DNA of 28,898 nucleotides from Myxococcota bacterium (GTDB lineage Bacteria > Myxococcota > UBA4151). Below, piece by piece: positions 1-8,239 of the stretch; position 1 is the first letter of the stretch; every line of letters begins with the position of its first letter. The stretch spans positions 1 through 28,898 of the forward strand of contig JAYZBQ010000035.1 of the NCBI GenBank assembly GCA_036338695.1, given 5' to 3'. The notes below the pieces were generated by a model. The model was given only the letters and a program-made list of their open reading frames with translations, ran no database searches and was not told where the DNA came from. The position numbers and the translations under genes were made by a program.

Positions 1-303
1 GTTAAGGTACCGAGGGTTGACCTCGACCAAGGTCGCCCAGCGCGTCGAGCTTTTCGCGATCAGCGAGCGCACGCGCTCGGTCTGTGAGCGTACGCCGTCG
101 AAGGTCTCGGAGGGGACCAGATCGAACCGGTACTGCCCCCCGCTGAGCTTGGCGCCGAGCTGATCCGCCACGGCGTACCGTTGATCGCCGTCTTTGGGCT
201 CGGGGCCATCGATGACAAAGGCGAGGCTGACGCGCTGCGCCGTCTGAGTTGAGTGAGTGGGCGCGGTTGCGCAGGCGATCGCAAGCAGGGGGAGGGTACG
301 CAT
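1..303 (-). CDS. Putative lipoprotein of unknown function, truncated by the window edge
   Basis: Not in the ORF track. ATG at 303-301 overlaps the stop of the porin gene (TGATG). The frame reads MRTLPLLAIACATAPTHST...VEVNPRYLN with no stop before the edge, and has a short hydrophobic leader ending in a lipobox-like AIAC. Confidence 0.7.
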   Translation of the reverse strand, partial: MRTLPLLAIACATAPTHSTQTAQRVSLAFVIDGPEPKDGDQRYAVADQLGAKLSGGQYRFDLVPSETFDGVRSQTERVRSLIAKSSTRWATLVEVNPRYLN

Positions 304-1772
304 CAGAACCATGTCTCTGCCTCCAGCGCGACGAGATGGTGTAGGTGTCGCTCAACCGGCGCAAAGGTGTTCTCGTTGGATTCACGCTGCTCAAACTGGT
401 TCCCGAACGCGTTGTTCTGGTTGCTGATCTGCGCGCCGTAAAGAAGCCGGATGACGGGGCGGGCGAACAGGCCGCGCCCTTTGGGTGAGAACAGTAACCC
501 GGTTTTGATTTGCTGGGTCGTGCGCGTGGCGAGGTCCCCATACTCAAGCCCGCGCAGGTCACTTTGTCCGCCGGTGTTGGCTTCGATGGAGCGAGGTGTT
601 GCGCGGTAGCGGTTCCCTTGGACACTGTGTTCGCTGGCGAGCGCGCCCTCGGCGAGCAGGTGCCACTGGCTGTTGAGGTAGTATTGTGCCCGGACGACGA
701 CGGAGCGCAGCGTCATGTCGTAGTCTGAGGGGGCGACCGTGTTGTCGGCGTCTGATGTCCACATGCCGATGGCGCCTAGCCACAGGTCAAGCCGCTTGGG
801 CACCACCGCAAGCTGCAGCTCGGTACCCAGCGTGGTGCGATCACGCTCATCGGTCAGGTCATGTAAGTAGAGCGTATACGTGCGCCCCTCATGCGTCTCT
901 TGTTGGCGGCTCTCGGGGTGGAGACGCTCGATCCGCGCAAAGGTCTGCCACCACTTGATCGCCGACCCAAGCTTGAAGCCGAGCTCCCCGATCAGGGCAT
1001 ACGATTGCGCAGCGCGTGGTTCGGGTTTGGGGAAGAAGTTCTCTTGCCCTGGTCGGCCCTCGAGGAAGCGCTCGACCACCTCGCCGCGTAGGAGGTCGTC
1101 GACCGCGACACCCGGGGTGGCGTGAGGCGCAGTCGATTTGCCAGCGACGCTGGGCTCATAGCGGAGCTCACCGCCGACGCCGAGCACCCAGGCGCGCGTC
1201 CGGTAATGCACCGAGGCGCCGGCATTGACCACGGCGTTGTACTCAGCGCCTTTCATCCCAAAGCCGGCGTCGCCGACACCGACGAGGTAGGACCACGCGG
1301 CGTGACGCCCTTCAAGCGCCACACCGAGGGCGCCGTCAAAAAGGCGAGCGGGGCGCATGTCGTAGAGGCCGAGGTCACCATACCAGGTGGCGAGGCTGCC
1401 GACCCTGAGCGTGTAGGGCGACCCTTGGCTGGCGCCTGCGCGCAGATAGGCTTGCGTGAGCCCGAGCGTCGCCAGCGAGCCGCGGCCGCCGTCGGCGCCG
1501 AGCGGTCCGGGTCCCTCGATCTTGAGGTGCAGATCCGACCAGGCACCCGATGACTTGCGAAGCACGGCGACGCGGGGGTCGAGGCTGACCCACGGGCCTT
1601 CGTTCAAGAGCCGACCGTACAGATTCCAGTAACCGAGGCGACCGTCCCCTCCGGCGAGGTCAGGACGCGCCAGCAGACGAGCGTAGCCGCCGAGGCTGGC
1701 GCCGTCGTGATTCACGAAGGCGAGCGCCGGTTGCGCTGCGAGCCCCACGCTCAGGGCGATCAGCGCCCTCAT
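303..1772 (-). CDS. LamB/maltoporin-like carbohydrate porin (outer-membrane beta-barrel)
   Basis: Sec signal ending in ALA. N-terminal GYAR...YGRLLNE resembles LamB GYAR...YRLGNE. C-terminal FARPVIRLLYG...LEAETWF resembles LamB RP.IR.F...QME.WW. It lies among alpha-glucan genes. Confidence 0.7.
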   Translation of the reverse strand: MRALIALSVGLAAQPALAFVNHDGASLGGYARLLARPDLAGGDGRLGYWNLYGRLLNEGPWVSLDPRVAVLRKSSGAWSDLHLKIEGPGPLGADGGRGSLATLGLTQAYLRAGASQGSPYTLRVGSLATWYGDLGLYDMRPARLFDGALGVALEGRHAAWSYLVGVGDAGFGMKGAEYNAVVNAGASVHYRTRAWVLGVGGELRYEPSVAGKSTAPHATPGVAVDDLLRGEVVERFLEGRPGQENFFPKPEPRAAQSYALIGELGFKLGSAIKWWQTFARIERLHPESRQQETHEGRTYTLYLHDLTDERDRTTLGTELQLAVVPKRLDLWLGAIGMWTSDADNTVAPSDYDMTLRSVVVRAQYYLNSQWHLLAEGALASEHSVQGNRYRATPRSIEANTGGQSDLRGLEYGDLATRTTQQIKTGLLFSPKGRGLFARPVIRLLYGAQISNQNNAFGNQFEQRESNENTFAPVERHLHHLVALEAETWF

Positions 1773-4177
1773 GGAGCAGCCTGGATGATGACGATCGAGG
1801 AGCCCGCTGCGTCATAGGTCGCATCGAGCGTCACCGACGCGCTCAGGTCCACGTTGTGGCTCTGGCGCGGGTCACGATCCTCGCCGCTGAGGTATTCAGC
1901 GTCGTCGAAGTAGGCTTGCGTATCCACGATCCGTCGCCAGCTTCGGCCCTCGGGGAGGGTGAAGGTCGTCGCCTGTCGCTCCATATTGATCAAGATGGCG
2001 AGCTCAGGTCCTGCCGAGGCGTCGTAATAGTGCAACATCACCGCTTTGCCACTCCAGTTCACGTCTTCGGTATTGCTGGGTGACTTCCAGGCGAAGGGCG
2101 CGCCGCCGCCGTAGGTCTCGGGCGCCACGGCGTGCGTCATCGACAAGCGCCAGCGCGTCATCTGGCGGACAAAGTCGTGCATCCGGTGTCGGTAGTCGTC
2201 GGCCTGCCACAGACCCCATCGGAACCAGTTGTAGGCGTTGTCGGCGCCGGTGCTGTAGGCGTTGTTGTTTCCAAGCTGCGTGCGCATCCACTCGTCACCG
2301 CCGAGCATCATCGGGGTCCCGTGGGAGAACATCATCGCTGCGAAGAAGTTCCTCATGAGCTGGCGCTTGAAGACCTCATTGTCCGCGCCCCATTCTCGGC
2401 TCCGGTTGTGGCTGTCGCCGCTGTCTTGTTCACACCACGAGGACGCCGGGCTGTCGCAGCAGACCGGGTTGAGGGGGGTGCAGCCGTTGCGCTTCTCGGC
2501 GTAGGTCACCAGGTCGTACATGGTGAAGCCGTCGTGCGCCGTGATGAAGTTGACTGCGGTCATCGGCCCACGACCGTTGTGGTTGTAGTTCCGCTGCATC
2601 GCCGTCATGACGTAACCACCGTCTGCGTCGGCTTCCAGACTGCTTAGGTTCCAGTCATCGTAGTTGACGAAGGCACGCCACCAATCACGGAAGCGAGCGT
2701 TCCACTCGAGCCACCCCGTGGTCCGGTCGCTGCTCGCAGGGTAGGCGCCGATCAGCGGTCCATAGTTGCCGCCCGCTGTCCAAGGTTCGGCGATGATTCG
2801 CGTGTGGTTAGCTCGCAGGACGGGGTCGTCGATGATGTCCTGAAGCACCGTGTTCGCAGGGTCATCCCAGTTGTTGTAGTCACCATCCTTCTCGCCGAGA
2901 ATACCGGCAAGGTCGAAGCGGAAGCCGTCCACATGGAGCTCTTCGACGCAGAAGCGCAGGCTGTCCATGATCAGGCGTCGCATCGGGACGTGGTTGGGGC
3001 GGGTTTGGTTCCCTACGCCCGTGTTGTTCCAGTACATGCGCTTGTCGGCGTCGTTGAGGGCGTAATAGGCGGCGTTGTCCAAGCCCCGGAAGGAGTAGAT
3101 GCTCGCCGTCTCGTGGGGGTCAAAGTTGATCGACTCCGCACGCGTCCCCGGGTCGAGGCTCCGATCGTCCAGGTAGAGCCGCTCGCGCCACAACCCACCC
3201 TCGCCGGTGTGATTGTAGACGACGTCGATGATGACCTCGATCCCGTGTTGATGCAGTTGGTCCACCATCCACTTGAATTCATCGATAACGCGGTGGGGGC
3301 GAGGATCCGCAGCGTAGCTCAACTCCGGCGCAAAGAAGTTGGTGTTCCAGTAGCCCCAGTACCCGCCGTCGAGGCTCTTTTCGTGGATGGGGAGCAGCTC
3401 GACCGCCGTGACGCCGAGGTCAGCCAGGTAGGCAGCCTTCTCACCGACGCCACGGTAGGTGCCCGGGTGGTCGACTCCGCTCGCCGGGTCGGCCGTAAAG
3501 CCTTTGGCGTGGACCTCATAGATGATCAGATCGTTCGGGCCGTGGTTGGCGTGGTCGCCGCTGCGGCGCTGGCGTTGCCACTCGGCTTCCGAGTCCGACC
3601 ACTCGTACTCACTCTTGACGATCACGCCTTTGGTCGAGGCGCCATAGGTGTTGACGGTACGCGCCGGTCCCGACGCCAAGCTCGCCCGGCCCCAGTCGTG
3701 GTCGCGGTGCAGCGCCTTGGCGTAGGGGTCGATCAGGAGCTTGTTGGGGTTAAACCGGTTCCCCTCGGCATCGACGTCGGCTTCAAAGCCGTGAATCGAT
3801 CCAGGGAACCAGTCTTCGTGCTGCTTCCAGTTCGGGCCCCACGCTCGGAAACCGTAGTGCTGACCCAGCCCGATGCCCTCGATAAAGATGCTCCAGACAT
3901 CGCCAAAGCGATGCAGCGGGAATGTCTTCGTCGCTTGGTCGGATTCCGGGTCGTCGAACAGCAACAGGTCGATGCGCTCAGCGCGCTCGGAGTAGACGGC
4001 GAAGTTGACGCCATTGTCGAGCAGCACCGGGCCCATGTGATCGAGCGCTTCGATCGAAGCGGGGGAGAGCGAGTCAGCGTGGGGTTTGGAGTCGTAACGC
4101 TGAGGCCCGGCTTCTTCGCTCGGGCAGCCGGCTGCCATGGCGAGCGCCGTTACGGTATACAATGTCCTCGTGATCAT
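1769..4177 (-). CDS. GH13 isoamylase / glycogen-debranching enzyme (CBM48 + GH13) with lipoprotein signal peptide
   Basis: GVNFAVYS, NKLLIDPYAK, IYEVH.KGFT, YWGY...FFAP, DVVYNHTGEG, DGFRFDLA (nucleophile), IAEPW (acid/base), NFITAHDGFT, GNNNAY. N-terminus is MITRTLYTVTALAMAAG-C. Confidence 0.92.
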   Translation of the reverse strand: MITRTLYTVTALAMAAGCPSEEAGPQRYDSKPHADSLSPASIEALDHMGPVLLDNGVNFAVYSERAERIDLLLFDDPESDQATKTFPLHRFGDVWSIFIEGIGLGQHYGFRAWGPNWKQHEDWFPGSIHGFEADVDAEGNRFNPNKLLIDPYAKALHRDHDWGRASLASGPARTVNTYGASTKGVIVKSEYEWSDSEAEWQRQRRSGDHANHGPNDLIIYEVHAKGFTADPASGVDHPGTYRGVGEKAAYLADLGVTAVELLPIHEKSLDGGYWGYWNTNFFAPELSYAADPRPHRVIDEFKWMVDQLHQHGIEVIIDVVYNHTGEGGLWRERLYLDDRSLDPGTRAESINFDPHETASIYSFRGLDNAAYYALNDADKRMYWNNTGVGNQTRPNHVPMRRLIMDSLRFCVEELHVDGFRFDLAGILGEKDGDYNNWDDPANTVLQDIIDDPVLRANHTRIIAEPWTAGGNYGPLIGAYPASSDRTTGWLEWNARFRDWWRAFVNYDDWNLSSLEADADGGYVMTAMQRNYNHNGRGPMTAVNFITAHDGFTMYDLVTYAEKRNGCTPLNPVCCDSPASSWCEQDSGDSHNRSREWGADNEVFKRQLMRNFFAAMMFSHGTPMMLGGDEWMRTQLGNNNAYSTGADNAYNWFRWGLWQADDYRHRMHDFVRQMTRWRLSMTHAVAPETYGGGAPFAWKSPSNTEDVNWSGKAVMLHYYDASAGPELAILINMERQATTFTLPEGRSWRRIVDTQAYFDDAEYLSGEDRDPRQSHNVDLSASVTLDATYDAAGSSIVIIQAAP

Positions 4178-4225
4178 CTCTTCCCCCCCCTGTTTCTCCG
4201 GCTCGTTCAGCCTGCTTCAATCCGT

Positions 4226-5854
4226 TCACTTTGCGTTGAGATAGTACCGCGTGTTGTACTCCGAGACCATGCGCTCGGTCGTATAGTCGGCGGCGGTTGC
4301 GATCGCCGCCTTCTGCATGGCGATGCGCGCCTTGTCGTCTGCCCAGGTCGGCGCCACGCGATCGATCAAGCAGCTGTACAAGGCTTCGGCGTCGCCCTGG
4401 TCATCGCGTCGGTGCGAGGTGCTGCCAAAGGCGAAGCCGTTCACGTTGTCTCGGCAGCCTTCAACCCACCACCCGTCGAGAATGCTCAGGTTCGGAACGC
4501 CCTGGAGCACCGCTTTCATCCCGGAGGTCCCGGACGCCTCGAGCGGACGGATCGGGTTGTTGAGCCAGAGGTCAACGCCGCCGGTGAGCAACCGCCCGTG
4601 CCACATGGAGTAGTCCGGGATTAGGACGACGCGGAGTAAACCACCTGAGTTCTGCGCCTGCTCGAAGATCGACTTTAGGATCGCCTGTCCGTCGTGATCT
4701 TTCGGGTGCGACTTGCCGGCAAAGACGACCTGTAACCCGCCGACGGCTTCAGCCGCTTCCAAGAGACGCTTGCGGTCATGGAACAGGAGATTACCGCGCT
4801 TGTAAGGCGTCATGCGGCGAGCGAATCCGAGCGTCAGCCAATCAGGTCGGAGCGCCGAGCGCGTGGTTCCATTGGCGTAGTCGCACAGCTCGTGCTTTGA
4901 CGCATGGCGCGCCGCAACGAGCTCATCATCGGGGAGCTGCGCGGCGTTGGCGAGAACACCCGGCTCGACTCGCCACTCGGGCAGATGCCGATCAAACAGC
5001 GCCGCCATCTCGGGCAAGCACCACTTGCGGTGGTGGATGCCGTTAGTCAGGCCCTCAATGGAGATGCCCGGAAAGAGGGGCTCAGCCACCTCTGCGTTGG
5101 TCTGCGAGACGCCATTGACCTTCTGAGCGTAGTGGGCTGCCAGGTGGCTCATGTTAAGCTCGCCGTCGCCCATATGGCTTGAGATCACGCCCCTAAATGT
5201 GTCCGTGCAGACGGTCTGCCAGAGCCCGGCGCCGAACCGGTCATGACCTGCTGCCACCGGGGTGTGGGTCGTGAAGTGGCACCGCGCTCGGATCGCCTCC
5301 TCGGGTTTGCCCGCTGCCTGCCAGGCGACAGGCGCCATGGCGCAGTGTCCCTCGTTGAGGTGCAGCTGGAATTCGTCGCCGTGTTCTTGGGTGGCGTAAG
5401 CGATCGCGCCCTGACCGAGCACCAGCTCTTGACGAAGCCGAAGCGACTGATCGCCCCCGTAGAGCTTGCGGCTCACGAGCCGCCAATGCTCAGGGTTCCC
5501 CTCGACGTCGGCGTCGAGAAACAGCACGTCGACGCTGCCGCGCGAGCCCTTGACCTCACGCCGCCAAAGCTTGACCTGCAGCGGACCATCGACCGTGTCG
5601 ATCGCAACGGAGCCTGCCGGCTCGAGAAGGTCTCCGGGCTCGGTGGTCGGGAAGTGCATCGATTGATGACCGTGATCGTCGAAGCGTTGCTGTCCGTAGC
5701 CTTGCCGGTAATAGAGGCTAACACAAGTGAACGGTAGCCCGAGATCAGCGGCGCTTCGGACGTGGTCCCCCGAGAGGACACCTAAGCCGCCCGAGTAGGT
5801 GGCGAGGCCGCAGTCCAAACCAACCTCGGCGGTAATGTAGACGATGGGTAGCAT
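4226..5854 (-). CDS. glgP: Alpha-glucan (glycogen/maltodextrin) phosphorylase, GT35, short form of about 542 aa
   Basis: YSGGLGVLSGD, LYGGD...RLRQE..LG, HLNEGH, FTTHTPVAAGHD, GFARR...YKR, AGKSHPKD, PLP motif EASGTSGMK and DGWW.EG. Start moved to ATG 5854, which follows a TAAGGAG RBS. Confidence 0.93.
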   Translation of the reverse strand: MLPIVYITAEVGLDCGLATYSGGLGVLSGDHVRSAADLGLPFTCVSLYYRQGYGQQRFDDHGHQSMHFPTTEPGDLLEPAGSVAIDTVDGPLQVKLWRREVKGSRGSVDVLFLDADVEGNPEHWRLVSRKLYGGDQSLRLRQELVLGQGAIAYATQEHGDEFQLHLNEGHCAMAPVAWQAAGKPEEAIRARCHFTTHTPVAAGHDRFGAGLWQTVCTDTFRGVISSHMGDGELNMSHLAAHYAQKVNGVSQTNAEVAEPLFPGISIEGLTNGIHHRKWCLPEMAALFDRHLPEWRVEPGVLANAAQLPDDELVAARHASKHELCDYANGTTRSALRPDWLTLGFARRMTPYKRGNLLFHDRKRLLEAAEAVGGLQVVFAGKSHPKDHDGQAILKSIFEQAQNSGGLLRVVLIPDYSMWHGRLLTGGVDLWLNNPIRPLEASGTSGMKAVLQGVPNLSILDGWWVEGCRDNVNGFAFGSTSHRRDDQGDAEALYSCLIDRVAPTWADDKARIAMQKAAIATAADYTTERMVSEYNTRYYLNAK

Positions 5855-5873
5855 AAGGTACTCCTTAGGCCGC

Positions 5874-5885
5874 CCCCTTAAGGGG
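5874..5885. promoter_or_regulatory. 12-bp palindrome CCCCTTAAGGGG in the divergent phosphorylase/amylase spacer, possible operator
   Basis: Perfect palindrome inside the 78-bp intergenic region. Function is inferred only. Confidence 0.25.
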
Positions 5886-5932
5886 ATGCGGTTCGAGTTG
5901 TCTAGAGGAACATGGGGTGGCACACAGTCGCC

Positions 5933-8239
5933 ATGAGATACTACGCCATAACGATCGCCTCTGTTTTTCTCGCTTGTTCACCGCCGGAATCTACCGGCAG
6001 GTCGGATTCTGGCTTTAGAATACTGGACGCTGGGCGTGCGGACGGCTCGGCGCCGCCGCCGCGCGACGCCGGCGGGTTACCGGACGCGGCCATACGAGAT
6101 CTGGGGGGTGCGCGCGACGCCGGGGTCACCGGCCCATGCCGGCTCGACTGGGTCGTTGACCTGCGCGGTCGAGAGGTCCCGCCGGCGAGTGTCCACGTCG
6201 CCGGTTCATTTAATGATTGGTCGGTTGAGGAGGATCCGATGCGCGAGCTGGCGCCAGGGGTCTTCGCTGCCGAGCGCAGCCTCGAGACGGGCGACTACAC
6301 TTACAAGTTCGTGGTCGATGGCTCTGATTGGTTTGTCGATCCAGCCCAGCCGCGCCTGCGCGACGATGGCGAGGGGAACACCAACTCGATGGTGCGTCAC
6401 GACTGTCAAACGAACACCGACGCGATGGTTCGCTTGGCACACCAGTTTGACCCGCAGAGCCTCGCATTGGTGGAGCAGAGTTATCTGGTGCCGGTGGGCT
6501 TGAGCGAGGTGGAGCTCGAGGGGCTGACGCTCGCAGGGTGGTCGTGGTCGCTCGATGAGGGGCGTACCTTAAAGTTAGAGTTTGGGGCGGGGCTCGAGCA
6601 GCTAGCGACCGTGCGCTTGACCTGGCGAGATGGCGCCGAGCGGCGTTTTACCGTGGGCCCCGAGCTGCGTGCGCAGAACGATTGGCGGCGTGGGACCTTG
6701 TATTTCGCCGTTATCGATCGCTTCGCAAACGGTGACCAGGCGAACGATCGCGCCTTTGACGATGCGCCCCGTGACGTGAACTACCAGGGCGGCGACTTAG
6801 CCGGGCTGACCCAACTGATTGCGGGCGGCGGACTCGATGACCTCCAGACGCGTGCGCTGTGGATTACGTGGCCGATGATGGGACCCGAGCGTTCGATGGC
6901 AGGGCAGCGCCTCGACTTGGACCCGCGCCCGCGCGGATGCGGTCTGAACCCGTACGACGAGTCGCTGCCTCGCCAGTCGATGCGCTACACCGGGTTCCAC
7001 GGGTACTGGCCGACGGATCTCCAGGCGGTCGATCCGCGCTTTGGCACGGCGGAGGAGCTCGAGCAGTTGGTCGAGGTAGCTCACGCCCACGGGATCGCGG
7101 TGCTGCTGGATCTACCCGCCAATCACCTGCACGAAGATCATCCCTTGGTCGCCGACGAGGGGAAACGCGATTGGTTTAACTATCCGGCGCAGGTCTGTGG
7201 ACGTCAGGTCTCATGGGACGACGCGCCCGAGACCTGCTGGTTCACCGAGTACCTGCCCGACTTAAACCTCGCCAACGGCGACGCGCGGGCGTGGCTGGTC
7301 GACCAAGCGCTGTGGGTCGCCGAGCGCTTTGGCGTGGATGGGTTTCGGATCGACGCCGTCAAGCATCTCGACCGGCGGTTCTTGAGCGACCTGCGTCACG
7401 CGCTCAAGGCACGCCGCGAGCTGTCCGGGCAGCCGTTTTGGACCATCGGAGAGACCTTCTCCGGGGACGCAGGCTCGGTCGCCTCGTACGTCTCGGCGCA
7501 AGGGGTTCATTCGCAGTTCGACTTTCCGATGAACCGTCAGATTTTGGAGGCCTTTGCGCAGAACCGTATGGGTTTGGGCGCGCTGGATCAATCGGTCCGG
7601 GCGATCAAGCGGAACTACAGCGAAGAGCTAATGGTCAACTTTGTCGGCAACCATGATATCGCTCGGTTTACGTCGTTGGCCTCAGCGCAGCTCTGCGGGG
7701 CTTGGGATATGGCGTCCAACCAGGCGCTGGGCTGGAGTCAGCCCCCGAATGCACCAGGAGATCGGCACGCGTACCGGCGCCTGCTGCAGGCGTTGACCTA
7801 TGCGTTCACGGTCCCGGGTCAGCCGATGATTTACTACGGCGATGAGTTCGGGATGCCGGGTGGGGGGGATCCGGATAATCGCCGGATGATGCGGTTTGAT
7901 GACGCCTTAGCTCCTCATGAGGCGTGGCTGCGCGAGCAGGTGGTCAAGCTCACGGGCGTGCGGCGAGCGGTGGACAGCCTGCGGCTGGGCTCGTGGCCGA
8001 GCCCCGCGGTCGCCGATGAGAACACCCTGGCGTACGTCCGAACAGGTGGAGCGCAAGATGCGCTCGTGATCATTAACCGAGGTCCCGCGCGCTCGCTCTC
8101 GCTGGCGCTGATCGAGGAGGGGTTGCATGGCGCGCTCGTCGAGACTTTTACGGGTGCGCAAGCGCAGATGGACCCAAACAGCGGGCACCAATTTGAGCTC
8201 GATCCGGAGAGCGTGCAGATCTGGACGCGTCGCCCCTAA
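5933..8239 (+). CDS. GH13 alpha-amylase/neopullulanase-like lipoprotein with N-terminal CBM48/AMPK-type glycogen-binding domain
   Basis: Lipobox VFLA-C and DAG-rich linker. VHVAGSFNDW...YTYKFVVDG.DW..DP marks the CBM48-like domain. DRFANGD, GGDLAG, FHGYW, DGFRIDAVKH, IGE, FVGNHD and PMIYYGDE.G..GG.DPDNRR mark GH13. Start placed at ATG 5933. Confidence 0.9.
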   Translation: MRYYAITIASVFLACSPPESTGRSDSGFRILDAGRADGSAPPPRDAGGLPDAAIRDLGGARDAGVTGPCRLDWVVDLRGREVPPASVHVAGSFNDWSVEEDPMRELAPGVFAAERSLETGDYTYKFVVDGSDWFVDPAQPRLRDDGEGNTNSMVRHDCQTNTDAMVRLAHQFDPQSLALVEQSYLVPVGLSEVELEGLTLAGWSWSLDEGRTLKLEFGAGLEQLATVRLTWRDGAERRFTVGPELRAQNDWRRGTLYFAVIDRFANGDQANDRAFDDAPRDVNYQGGDLAGLTQLIAGGGLDDLQTRALWITWPMMGPERSMAGQRLDLDPRPRGCGLNPYDESLPRQSMRYTGFHGYWPTDLQAVDPRFGTAEELEQLVEVAHAHGIAVLLDLPANHLHEDHPLVADEGKRDWFNYPAQVCGRQVSWDDAPETCWFTEYLPDLNLANGDARAWLVDQALWVAERFGVDGFRIDAVKHLDRRFLSDLRHALKARRELSGQPFWTIGETFSGDAGSVASYVSAQGVHSQFDFPMNRQILEAFAQNRMGLGALDQSVRAIKRNYSEELMVNFVGNHDIARFTSLASAQLCGAWDMASNQALGWSQPPNAPGDRHAYRRLLQALTYAFTVPGQPMIYYGDEFGMPGGGDPDNRRMMRFDDALAPHEAWLREQVVKLTGVRRAVDSLRLGSWPSPAVADENTLAYVRTGGAQDALVIINRGPARSLSLALIEEGLHGALVETFTGAQAQMDPNSGHQFELDPESVQIWTRRP

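Noticed and set aside
2..625. 207-aa minus-strand ORF in the track
   Set aside because: Out of frame with the porin and R/S/P-rich. The coupled frame starting at 303 is the better gene.
2804..4624. 606-aa plus-strand ORF, and similar antisense ORFs at 10758-11738, 24945-25685 and 26570-27475
   Set aside because: They lie antisense to well-supported genes, have V/R/G-rich composition without motifs, and are expected shadows of high-GC codon bias.
5918..5933. TGGCACACAGTCGC resembling a sigma-54 promoter
   Set aside because: GG-to-GC spacing is 9 rather than 10, and it abuts the start codon.
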